Positions 17,637 through 25,956 of a DNA stretch of 49,231 bases are shown piece after piece. Every line of letters begins with the position of its first letter. Position 1 is the first letter of the stretch. Location of the stretch: assembly GCA_964362625.1 (NCBI GenBank), contig CAYIFA010000002.1, positions 1-49,231 on the forward strand. The letters are read 5' to 3'. The DNA comes from an uncultured Candidatus Saccharibacteria bacterium. GTDB lineage: Bacteria > Patescibacteriota > Minisyncoccia > 1-14-0-10-42-19. Below the pieces are notes generated by a model. It worked only from the letters and a program-made list of their open reading frames with translations. It made no database searches and was not told the origin of the DNA. Position numbers and translations under genes: made by a program.

Positions 17637-19520
17637 CTAGACTTCTATCACCACTGGCAACACCATTGGTCTTCGCTCTGTCTTCGAAAACAAAAATTGG
17701 CCGAGTTTGTCTCTAAGGTTATCTTTAACCCACTCCCAATTTACCGGGTGCATGTTTGAGGTGGCATCCTCAATGATGCGTTTGGTAACTTGGCGCGCCT
17801 GGAACAATAATTCCTTTGACTCGCGAAGATAAACAAATCCGCGCGAGATAATGTCCGGGGACCCGCGCACTTTTCCGGTTTGCGAATCAACCACCGCGAT
17901 AACCACGAATATTCCGTCTCCGGCCAGCATTTGCCGGTCGCGTAAAACCACTTCTTGCACGTCGCCGACGCCCAAGCCGTCAACCATGACGTAATTCGCC
18001 GGAACAAATTCGTTGGTCTTGGCCACCCGGTCTCGGCTTGCCTCAACGATTTGGCCATTGTCGGCAATGACTATATTCTCGCGCTTCATTCCGGCATCTA
18101 GCGCAACTTTCGCGTGTATTTTCAGAAATGAGTGATTTCCTTCAATTGGCATTAAATATTTTGGCCGAACAGTTTGAATCAATAATTTAAGATCTTCTTG
18201 CTTAGCGTGTCCTCCGGCATGAATATCAAGCATGCGATAATTAATGACATCCGCGCCGTCGCGATAGAGTTTGTCCGTTAGGTATTGAACCTGCCGCTCA
18301 TTGCCGGGGATCACCGAAGAGGAAAATACTACGGTGTCGCCGGATTCGATTTTCAATACTTTGTGACGCTTGGAAACAATTCTCATCAGCACCGCGTTTT
18401 CTTCGCCTTGGGCGCCGGTAACCAGGATTATAATTTTATTTTTTGGAAAGTCCTTTACTTCGGTCGGGTCGATCATTATTGCCGGGTTTATTTTCATATA
18501 ACCTAGGCGGCTCGCGATTTCTATATTGGTTCGCATACTGCGTCCGTCAACTGCCACCCGTTTGTCGTGTTTTTCGGCCAGTTGGATGATTTCATTCAAG
18601 CGGCCAAGAAGGGAAGCGAATGTTCCGATGATCAGCCGGCCCGGGGCATTTTTTATGATATCTTCCATCTCATGCTGGATTTCGACTTCGGAAAATTGGC
18701 GTCCCGGTTCTTTGGCATTGGTGCTGTCGGACATCAGCAGCAATACACCGTCATCGCCGAGCCGTTTTAGTTTGTCCAGTTCGGTTACCCCGGCAATAGA
18801 TGAACGAATGTCAATTTTAAAGTCGCCGGTGTGGGCGAGCGTACCAATGGGAGTATGCGCGACTACTCCGAGGGATCCCGGAATGTTGTGCGACACGCCA
18901 AAAAATTCTATCTGAAAAGCGCCGAGATCCAGCTTGGTGTCATTGGAAACTTCCTGGAGGTTCAGCTCTCCATTTGATCCAGTCCTGAATTCCTCTTGGC
19001 GCTTAGCTATTATCGCAAGGGTCAGGTCAGTCCCAAAGATCGGTATTTGGTGCCCTAATTCGCGCATGAGATAAGGGATTCCGCCGATATGATCCATGTG
19101 CGCGTGAGTTATTAATATGCCGCGGATTTTTCTTTTTTTGGGGATGAGCGATTTTACGTTAGGAATAATATAGTCAATGCCCGGCATATTATCCTCCGGG
19201 AATTGCAGGCCCATATCAATTATTATTATGTCGCCATTAAACTGCGAGCCGGGGTCAATGTATTCGAGATACATCATGTTTCGGCCTACTTCTTCGAGGC
19301 CCCCTAATGGCGTTACTTTGACCCGCGCATCCCGTCCGCTGCGAGGGACGTTTAGTTTTTGCACACCCCGCGCTTTTGTTATATTGAATAATTCCGCTGT
19401 CGGCGCGTTAATCCGTCCCGAAGTTTTTCGGAATTCGGAGTGGCGGATCTGCCTTGAAGGCGGTCCAAAAGATTTTCTCGGCCGAACTGGCCGCTTTGAT
19501 CCTGAATTTGGTGTCATCAT
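17637..19520 (-). CDS. rnj: Ribonuclease J (metallo-beta-lactamase / beta-CASP) with a basic N-terminal extension
   Basis: VKVTPLGGLEEVGRNMMYLEY, ITHAHMDHIGGIPYL (HxHxDH) and the beta-CASP region. The first roughly 67 aa are rich in R, K and P. Confidence 0.9.
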   Translation of the reverse strand: MMTPNSGSKRPVRPRKSFGPPSRQIRHSEFRKTSGRINAPTAELFNITKARGVQKLNVPRSGRDARVKVTPLGGLEEVGRNMMYLEYIDPGSQFNGDIIIIDMGLQFPEDNMPGIDYIIPNVKSLIPKKRKIRGILITHAHMDHIGGIPYLMRELGHQIPIFGTDLTLAIIAKRQEEFRTGSNGELNLQEVSNDTKLDLGAFQIEFFGVSHNIPGSLGVVAHTPIGTLAHTGDFKIDIRSSIAGVTELDKLKRLGDDGVLLLMSDSTNAKEPGRQFSEVEIQHEMEDIIKNAPGRLIIGTFASLLGRLNEIIQLAEKHDKRVAVDGRSMRTNIEIASRLGYMKINPAIMIDPTEVKDFPKNKIIILVTGAQGEENAVLMRIVSKRHKVLKIESGDTVVFSSSVIPGNERQVQYLTDKLYRDGADVINYRMLDIHAGGHAKQEDLKLLIQTVRPKYLMPIEGNHSFLKIHAKVALDAGMKRENIVIADNGQIVEASRDRVAKTNEFVPANYVMVDGLGVGDVQEVVLRDRQMLAGDGIFVVIAVVDSQTGKVRGSPDIISRGFVYLRESKELLFQARQVTKRIIEDATSNMHPVNWEWVKDNLRDKLGQFLFSKTERRPMVLPVVIEV

Positions 19521-19604
19521 GAGTTTGGTGAAAAATTAATTAAATAATAATATTTTAGGCGATAGGCATTTTTACGGTGGCGTTTGCTATAGAATAGTTT
19601 AATT

Positions 19605-22508
19605 TTACGTTTTTACTAAATCCGGTCGGACTTTTTTCAATTGGTCAAGCGCAAGTCTGCCTAGTGCAAAAGTGAGGTAATTTCTAAACTCTGCGCTTGC
19701 GTCTTGCGCGCCGTCGGTGTTGTGATGAGTTTTCTCGTGAACATAGACATCAGCCGCACGGGTAAAATCTGCTAAGGTTTCTCGTAAGAGATGAATACTT
19801 GTTCTATCAGAGTAACCAGCCGCTACTTTTTGATCCACAGACTTGCGCTTGTACACTCGTATATCGGATTGGCGATTGTTCGGTAGATATTCGTCAATCG
19901 CAGTCAAAACTTCTATCAGCGCTTTTTCTTCTGCCGTCAATTCTTCATCGGGGATATGCTCAACATCAGTCATTTCTTGCAAACGCGATTCATAAGTTGG
20001 CAATCCCAATCTCTGTAAAACTCGATAGACAGAAGATGGGAAAGATACAAGTTCCAAACCAACATGCTTGTTCTGTTGCATAGCGTCGTAGTCCTCGGAG
20101 CGCATATCGCGAATTGCCGTGTCTTTGCCGAAAACCTCCTCAAAAATCTTTTTCCAGTTTTTTGCGTCTTTCGGGCTAAAGTCCATAGAAAATTCTACTT
20201 TATCTTTTCCGCCACCTTTTTGTGCTTCAAGATTTGCCTTGAACAGAAAACTTTTTATAACTTCGGGGTTTTCGGTTTGCGACCAAATTTGAGCAATAGC
20301 AGGAGAAAGTTCTTGTTGATCAACAAAACTCCTATCCCGATTTTTAATTTCCAATCTCGGCAAATGGTAAGTAAACAGCAAATTATGGTCGCCGGGAATC
20401 AGTAATTCGCGGACATATACCATCCCGCCCTCAAGCGAAAGCACATCTCCGTTTGGCGTTCGCTCAATCGGCTTAGTCTTTTCTATCGCCAAAACTTTTT
20501 TGTTGATCTGACGAAATTCTTGCAGTAATTCCGGTGTTAAGTTTGAAAATGTTGTTGAACTGCTCTGATAAAGTCCTTTATCGTCGTCTATCTCCTGTTT
20601 TTTGACAGTGTGGATTACGTCAAAAACAAGCTGGTCAATTTCATTTCCATCAATTTCTTGACGCAAAGCGCGAGGTTTAGCCGACCAATTTTGAGAGCGC
20701 AAAGTCATGTCCATGCTTTTGCGAAGCGAAGCTACGCAAAGCATTTTCAAACCCTCGCCAAATTTTCCGGTGCTTTCAGTTGCTTCTTTTGTGGAGTAGA
20801 AGAAGCCAAGCAGTCGCGAATCATAACCGCGTCCATCATCATAAATTTTTACTGATTCTATGTCTTCGTCTTTTGCGTCCGGTAATTCTGAAAATGAGTG
20901 CCACTTGCTATCTTTGGCTTTGAAACGTAAACCGATATTTGAACCACCGGAGTCGCGCGGTAAATGATTTTGCACTGCGTCAAGCAAAATTCGTTCTTCA
21001 TTCCAAATATCCTTTCCATACTCAAGCGTTAGAGAGGTCGGAATTGTTTCGTCCCAAAAATCAGGAGTCGCTTCGCGGTCAGTTTTGATACCGGCTCGCA
21101 AAAGCAGACTGGACATGCCAGACGGCAGTTTAACTTTGGTAAGCGGCTTATCTTTGAAGGCATCTGGTATTTTGAAGCCGGTATCCAAAACTGCGTCTTT
21201 CCCAAATGCTTCATAAAATCCTTCAATCCAAACGCTCGGATGTTCGGCTTCGAGATTGTAGTACGAACTTTCAACAGCATCCGGTTCCAGAATACTTTTT
21301 TGAAGCATTGTTTTGACAAGGCGTTTATCAGAAATTTCTCTAACAATCTGCGCTATTCTTCGTTCCGGTTCTTCTGAAACAATTGTATTCCGGTCTCGGT
21401 TTGTTTCTACGTCTTCAAAGTTGTAAGAAAATAAAGTTTTCTTTCCGGTTACATAAATACCTTTTACGAATAAACCGCCGGATTCGCGATCAACGATTTC
21501 TCCGGTACTTCCCACAAAAGCGGGACGATAATTTTCGCGCAAAGCCAAAACTTTCTTTTCGATCTGCATTAACTCATTAACAAATGACTCGGTTGGGTTG
21601 TGAAATGTGGTGCGAGAACCAATCATCGGCTCACCGGTCAAATGTTCAACTCGGAATGATAACTGCTGAACGGTTTGCTCTTTTTGATGGTGGGTATCAA
21701 AAATCTTTACTTCTTTTGGTGTTGGCTTTGCGCGCCAGTCTTGTGACTCCATTTCCGGCTCTAATCCCTCGCGTAAAGCGGCGGCGGCCATCATTTTCAT
21801 ACCTTCTCCAAATTGTCCGCGAGATTCTTTTTCGCCCGCCTTTGTGGAATACAAGAGAGCCAGATTTTTAACATCAAAACCAACGCCATCATCAGCAAAG
21901 CGCACGGCTTCTATTTCATCTTTCTTTTGTTTTGCTTCTGCGAGGGAAACCCATTTGCCACCGACCAAACATCTAACCCAGACATGTTCGCCCTTGGAAT
22001 CGGATGGCAAGTGGTTTTGCACTCCATCGAGACATATTCTCTCAACGCCCCAGTTTTTCTTTTCATATTCAAGGGTAAGCGAGGTATCCAATGTTTCTTC
22101 GCCTACTACTTCGGAGGGTCGTTCTTGATTCAGAATTTCTTCTTTCGAAAAACCGCTTTCCTGCTCAAGCTGAAAATCTACATGGCGGAGACCACGCAGC
22201 GAAGCTATTGTTTTCTCGGCAAGGAGGTATGAGCGGGCAGAAATATTTTCAATGGGCTTTTGGGATTTTCTTCGGCTGGGCAAAAAACGATACGCGCTTT
22301 CAAGATAACTCTTCCACTTATCCACCTTCGATGCTTCAACATCTCGTTCTGGCTGATAGCGTTCCACCAACTGCAATACACGAGTTAAACGAACACGGTC
22401 TTGCTCATCAAGAGTTTTCTGCTTCAAAAATTCGTTAATTTCCGTCCGCGAAGATTCGAGCGTCTTTTTTGTTTCTGTAAATTGCGCCTCAAAATGTGGC
22501 TTTTCCAT
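19605..22508 (-). CDS. Large uncharacterised protein: two tandem GHKL/MORC-like ATPase-like modules plus a C-terminal HExxH motif
   Basis: An internal duplication is visible by eye: TSLTLEYEKKNWGVERICLDGVQNHLPSDS / TSLTLEYGKDIWNEERILLDAVQNHLPRDS, FADDGVGFD / IYDDGRGYD, and YSTKAGEKESRGQFGEGMKM / YSTKEATESTGKFGEGLKM. HEKTH is encoded at 19725-19739. Confidence 0.6.
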   Translation of the reverse strand: MEKPHFEAQFTETKKTLESSRTEINEFLKQKTLDEQDRVRLTRVLQLVERYQPERDVEASKVDKWKSYLESAYRFLPSRRKSQKPIENISARSYLLAEKTIASLRGLRHVDFQLEQESGFSKEEILNQERPSEVVGEETLDTSLTLEYEKKNWGVERICLDGVQNHLPSDSKGEHVWVRCLVGGKWVSLAEAKQKKDEIEAVRFADDGVGFDVKNLALLYSTKAGEKESRGQFGEGMKMMAAAALREGLEPEMESQDWRAKPTPKEVKIFDTHHQKEQTVQQLSFRVEHLTGEPMIGSRTTFHNPTESFVNELMQIEKKVLALRENYRPAFVGSTGEIVDRESGGLFVKGIYVTGKKTLFSYNFEDVETNRDRNTIVSEEPERRIAQIVREISDKRLVKTMLQKSILEPDAVESSYYNLEAEHPSVWIEGFYEAFGKDAVLDTGFKIPDAFKDKPLTKVKLPSGMSSLLLRAGIKTDREATPDFWDETIPTSLTLEYGKDIWNEERILLDAVQNHLPRDSGGSNIGLRFKAKDSKWHSFSELPDAKDEDIESVKIYDDGRGYDSRLLGFFYSTKEATESTGKFGEGLKMLCVASLRKSMDMTLRSQNWSAKPRALRQEIDGNEIDQLVFDVIHTVKKQEIDDDKGLYQSSSTTFSNLTPELLQEFRQINKKVLAIEKTKPIERTPNGDVLSLEGGMVYVRELLIPGDHNLLFTYHLPRLEIKNRDRSFVDQQELSPAIAQIWSQTENPEVIKSFLFKANLEAQKGGGKDKVEFSMDFSPKDAKNWKKIFEEVFGKDTAIRDMRSEDYDAMQQNKHVGLELVSFPSSVYRVLQRLGLPTYESRLQEMTDVEHIPDEELTAEEKALIEVLTAIDEYLPNNRQSDIRVYKRKSVDQKVAAGYSDRTSIHLLRETLADFTRAADVYVHEKTHHNTDGAQDASAEFRNYLTFALGRLALDQLKKVRPDLVKT

Positions 22509-22532
22509 AGATTAAAGTTTGGTAGTTATTTA

Positions 22533-22616
22533 TGCTCGGGGCGGGAGTTGAACCCGCAAGCCCTTGCGGGCATTAGCTCCTGAAGCTAACGTGTTTGCCA
22601 GTTTCACCACCCGAGC
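22533..22616 (-). tRNA. tRNA-Leu (anticodon CAG), type II with a long variable arm, no encoded CCA
   Basis: Manual cloverleaf: acceptor GCTCGGG/CCCGAGC, D stem GTG/CAC with a GG-containing loop, and anticodon stem TTAGC/GCTAA with loop TTCAGGA. The variable arm is CCC-GCAA-GGG and the T arm is GCGGG-TTCAACT-CCCGC. Confidence 0.9.
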
Positions 22617-24362
22617 TTAATTTGCAAAATATTTAAGGACCTTTTTTGTTTTAAGGTGCCAGGAGTGGACTCTGGCGAATCTCTCCGGAGGCACCGTGAT
22701 ATTTTCAGTTTCGAATCCCTTTAATCCGTCAGTCGTGGCATAAAGATATGACGGGGAATAGAGAAAGACAGCCGGAACGTCATCGGCGATCTCTTTTTGA
22801 AATTCAATATATTTTTGTTTTCGCTCATCTTCATTTATTGTTTTGCGCGCGGTCTCGAGTAGTTTGTCTACGGTGGAATTAGCGTAAAGCGCGATATTCA
22901 ATCCGGGGTCGTTCATCTGTGAAGAGTGCCAGAATGCGAATGGGTCCGGATCACGGCCGACCACCTCTCCGAATAAAAGTGCGTCATATTCGCGCGGACG
23001 AATTACTTGCTGGTTTAAATCCGTGAATTCGAAGAGCTTGATTGTAATATTAACACCGAGTTCCGCCCACATTGATTTTAAGAGCTCGCCAGTTTCGGCC
23101 AAGTCCGGAGTATTGGCGGTAGACAACGTGAATGAAAGCGTTTTTGTTTCTTTCTTTGTTTTTTTTGTAAGAATTCCGGTTTCCGGATCTTTGACCCATC
23201 CGGCGCTTTTTAGCGTTGAATTCGCTCGGTCAATCGGCCGAGCCGCGTCATCGTTTACGAGTTTGCTGTCAGCATCTTCAGAAAAATCTCCGAATGTGCC
23301 AGGCGGAATAGGCGAATTGGCTATTTCGGCATGCCCGGCGAATACTTCGTTTACAATTCTTTTCTTATCAACGGCTAGATCAAGCGCCAAGCGGATGTTT
23401 TTTTCAGTGAAAATCGGCGCGCGGTTTTGGTTGAAAAAAACCCCAAAGATCCTTGGCAGAGTAAGCTCGTGAATTTCGATGTTGTTGCCGCCAATTTCTC
23501 CCAAGTCTTTCGCTACCGCAACGCTAATGCCGTCGATTTCTCTTTTTTGGAAATCCGCTTTAAGTATTTGTTCGGTGGGATAAAACTTGATTTCAAAGGT
23601 CGAAATATTCGGTTCTCCGCCGGCGTATTTATCAAAGGACCTAAGAACAAATTTTGTGATTATGCCGGATGAGTTCGTAGGCGTGCTGGCTATTTGATAT
23701 GGTCCGCTCCCGATTGGTTTGTGGTTGAAAGCTGAAAAGGTGAATTGTTCCGGCAGGATTCCAGACCAAATGTGCTTGGGTATGATGCCGAGCGTCGTAT
23801 TTTCGATAAACGGCGCATACGGATTCGCCAAGGTCAATTTAACGGTGCGCTCATCCGGAGAATCAATTGTTACTCCTTCCCAGTTGGCGCGTACCGGACT
23901 TTTTAGCGCCGGGTTCTTCGCGGTTTCGATGGTAAATACGATGTCTGCTGATGTTAAGGGTTGGCCATCGTGCCAGGTAAGATTATCTTTCAGGTGGAAA
24001 GTATAAGAAAGTCCGTCGTCCGAAATTTCAAAACTTTCCGCGAGATCCGGTACGAGCCCGCCATGGCCGTCAGCGCGCATTAGCCCGGAATAGATGAGCG
24101 TTGTCGTATCACGATCAGCATCAGATACTGCAAGCAATGGATTTACGAAACTCGGCGACCCCACTATTCCTTCGCGCCATTTGCCGCCATGGGCCGGAAC
24201 TACAACCGAATATTTATTATTTATAGAAATAAAAAATCCAATTACTCCCGCGAGTAAAAGAGTAAATGACGCTAAAAAAATTAAGCGCTCGGATTTTGAG
24301 AAATCACGGCTGGCTGCGCGAAATTGTTTTAGAGGCGGAAAATTAAAACGCCAAGAAAGCAT
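22617..24362 (-). CDS. Family-5 extracellular solute-binding protein (peptide/oligosaccharide-type) with an N-terminal membrane anchor
   Basis: The N-terminal TM is LIFLASFTLLLAGVIGFFISI. SBP_bac_5-like blocks include YTFHLKDNLTWHDGQPLTSADIVFT and RLALDLAVDKKRIVNEVF. No permease or ATPase genes are nearby. Confidence 0.8.
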   Translation of the reverse strand: MLSWRFNFPPLKQFRAASRDFSKSERLIFLASFTLLLAGVIGFFISINNKYSVVVPAHGGKWREGIVGSPSFVNPLLAVSDADRDTTTLIYSGLMRADGHGGLVPDLAESFEISDDGLSYTFHLKDNLTWHDGQPLTSADIVFTIETAKNPALKSPVRANWEGVTIDSPDERTVKLTLANPYAPFIENTTLGIIPKHIWSGILPEQFTFSAFNHKPIGSGPYQIASTPTNSSGIITKFVLRSFDKYAGGEPNISTFEIKFYPTEQILKADFQKREIDGISVAVAKDLGEIGGNNIEIHELTLPRIFGVFFNQNRAPIFTEKNIRLALDLAVDKKRIVNEVFAGHAEIANSPIPPGTFGDFSEDADSKLVNDDAARPIDRANSTLKSAGWVKDPETGILTKKTKKETKTLSFTLSTANTPDLAETGELLKSMWAELGVNITIKLFEFTDLNQQVIRPREYDALLFGEVVGRDPDPFAFWHSSQMNDPGLNIALYANSTVDKLLETARKTINEDERKQKYIEFQKEIADDVPAVFLYSPSYLYATTDGLKGFETENITVPPERFARVHSWHLKTKKVLKYFAN

Positions 24363-24387
24363 TAAGATAAAAATTCTTTTTATACGC

Positions 24388-24636
24388 TTAGATAACCAGA
24401 TTCAATATTGCGGTGATAAAAAACAAGGATGCCAAAACTATGGTTGAAGCAAACAATATTCGTTCAAATCCGCGTTTGGTTTGATAGATATTTCCTTCAC
24501 CGCCAAAAGCGGCGCCGAGACCGGTGCCTTTTTGCTGGAGAAGTATAGCGGCTACGAGCAGAATTGCTGCCAGCATCTGTACGTAGGGCAAGAGTACCTT
24601 TAAAACCTGCATTTTTTCTATTGTAGCATACCGCAT
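24388..24636 (-). CDS. secG: Preprotein translocase subunit SecG
   Basis: 82 aa with two TM segments and LLQQKGTGLGAAFGG. Confidence 0.85.
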   Translation of the reverse strand: MRYATIEKMQVLKVLLPYVQMLAAILLVAAILLQQKGTGLGAAFGGEGNIYQTKRGFERILFASTIVLASLFFITAILNLVI

Positions 24637-24648
24637 TTAGGAGTCAAG

Positions 24649-25956
24649 TTGTTGTATACTGTTCGTATGGGAAAACCCAAAAAATCAGTACATTTTCTGG
24701 GGGTTGCAGGTATCGGCGTAAGCGGACTGGCTTTGTGGTATAAAAACTTGGGCTGGGTTGTCACCGGATCTGATATAGCAGTATCCCCGGTAACCGAGAT
24801 GCTCAACCGGTTTGGTATCAAACCGGAAATCACCGCCGATCAATTTAAGCGCATTCCTAAAGACGCGGATTTAATAATTCATACACAGGCCATTGATCGC
24901 TCAAAAATCACTACCACACCCGGTGTGGTAGTGAAGTCTTATCCAGAAGCGCTGGGTGAACTCACCAAGGATAAATTTACCGTCGCGGTTTGCGGAACGC
25001 ACGGCAAAAGCACCACTGCCGCGATGGCCGGACTTTTAATGCTGGACGCCGGGTTAAGTCCGACGGTGCTGGTCGGCACTATGCTGCGGGAGTTTTCCAA
25101 TTCCAATTTTCACTTCGGCAGTTCCAGGTATTTAGTGATTGAGGCCGATGAATTTCGCGGAGCGTTTTTGAATTATTATCCGGACATCGCGATTTGGACC
25201 AATGTTGATAACGATCATATGGATTACTTTAAAAATCTGGACGATGCTGTCGGGCACTTTAACGCTTTTATAAAACACATCCCGGATAACGGATTTATTA
25301 TCGCAAATCGCGACGACAAAAATATAAAAAAAGTTTTGAGCGCCCAAAAAAATGTGATTTTTTATTCTTTACGCGATAAGGAGTCGGGGCGTATCCGGCG
25401 CCTGCTGAAGATTCCGGGCGAACATAATGTTGCCAACGCGCTGGCCGTGCTTAAATTAGCGCGAGTGCTCCATGTGCCGGACGAAGCGGCCTATGGCTCT
25501 ATCGCGAACTACCGCGGTTCTTGGCGAAGATTTGAATTAAAAGGCGAACTTAACGGCGCGAAAGTTTATGACGATTACGCCCACCATCCGACCGAAATTA
25601 AAGCGACGCTGGCTGCTGCTCGCGCCAAATTCAAAGGCAAAAATATTTGGTGCGTTTTTCAACCGCATCAATATGAGCGCTTAAAATTTTTATTCAACGA
25701 TTTTTCGCGGGCGTTTAAGGGGGCTGATCGGGCGTTAATTCTGCCGGTCTACGGCGTAGCCGGCCGAGAAGGTGGGAATAACGGCGTTGATTCAAAGAAG
25801 CTCGCCCGGGCAATAAAAAAGCAAAGCAAAAACGCCGACTATATGGATGGCATGAAAGACGCCGCGCTATATTTGAAAAAAAATGTTAATGAAAAAGATA
25901 TCGTAATAATAATGGGCGCCGGCAATATTTGGCAGATTTTTGAATTTCTATTTTAG
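24649..25956 (+). CDS. murC: UDP-N-acetylmuramate--L-alanine ligase
   Basis: HFLGVAGIGVSGLALWYKNLGWVVTGSD, GTHGKSTTAAM and DDYAHHPTEI. The start is either TTG at 24649 (AGGAG 5 nt upstream) or ATG at 24667. Confidence 0.9.
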   Translation: MLYTVRMGKPKKSVHFLGVAGIGVSGLALWYKNLGWVVTGSDIAVSPVTEMLNRFGIKPEITADQFKRIPKDADLIIHTQAIDRSKITTTPGVVVKSYPEALGELTKDKFTVAVCGTHGKSTTAAMAGLLMLDAGLSPTVLVGTMLREFSNSNFHFGSSRYLVIEADEFRGAFLNYYPDIAIWTNVDNDHMDYFKNLDDAVGHFNAFIKHIPDNGFIIANRDDKNIKKVLSAQKNVIFYSLRDKESGRIRRLLKIPGEHNVANALAVLKLARVLHVPDEAAYGSIANYRGSWRRFELKGELNGAKVYDDYAHHPTEIKATLAAARAKFKGKNIWCVFQPHQYERLKFLFNDFSRAFKGADRALILPVYGVAGREGGNNGVDSKKLARAIKKQSKNADYMDGMKDAALYLKKNVNEKDIVIIMGAGNIWQIFEFLF

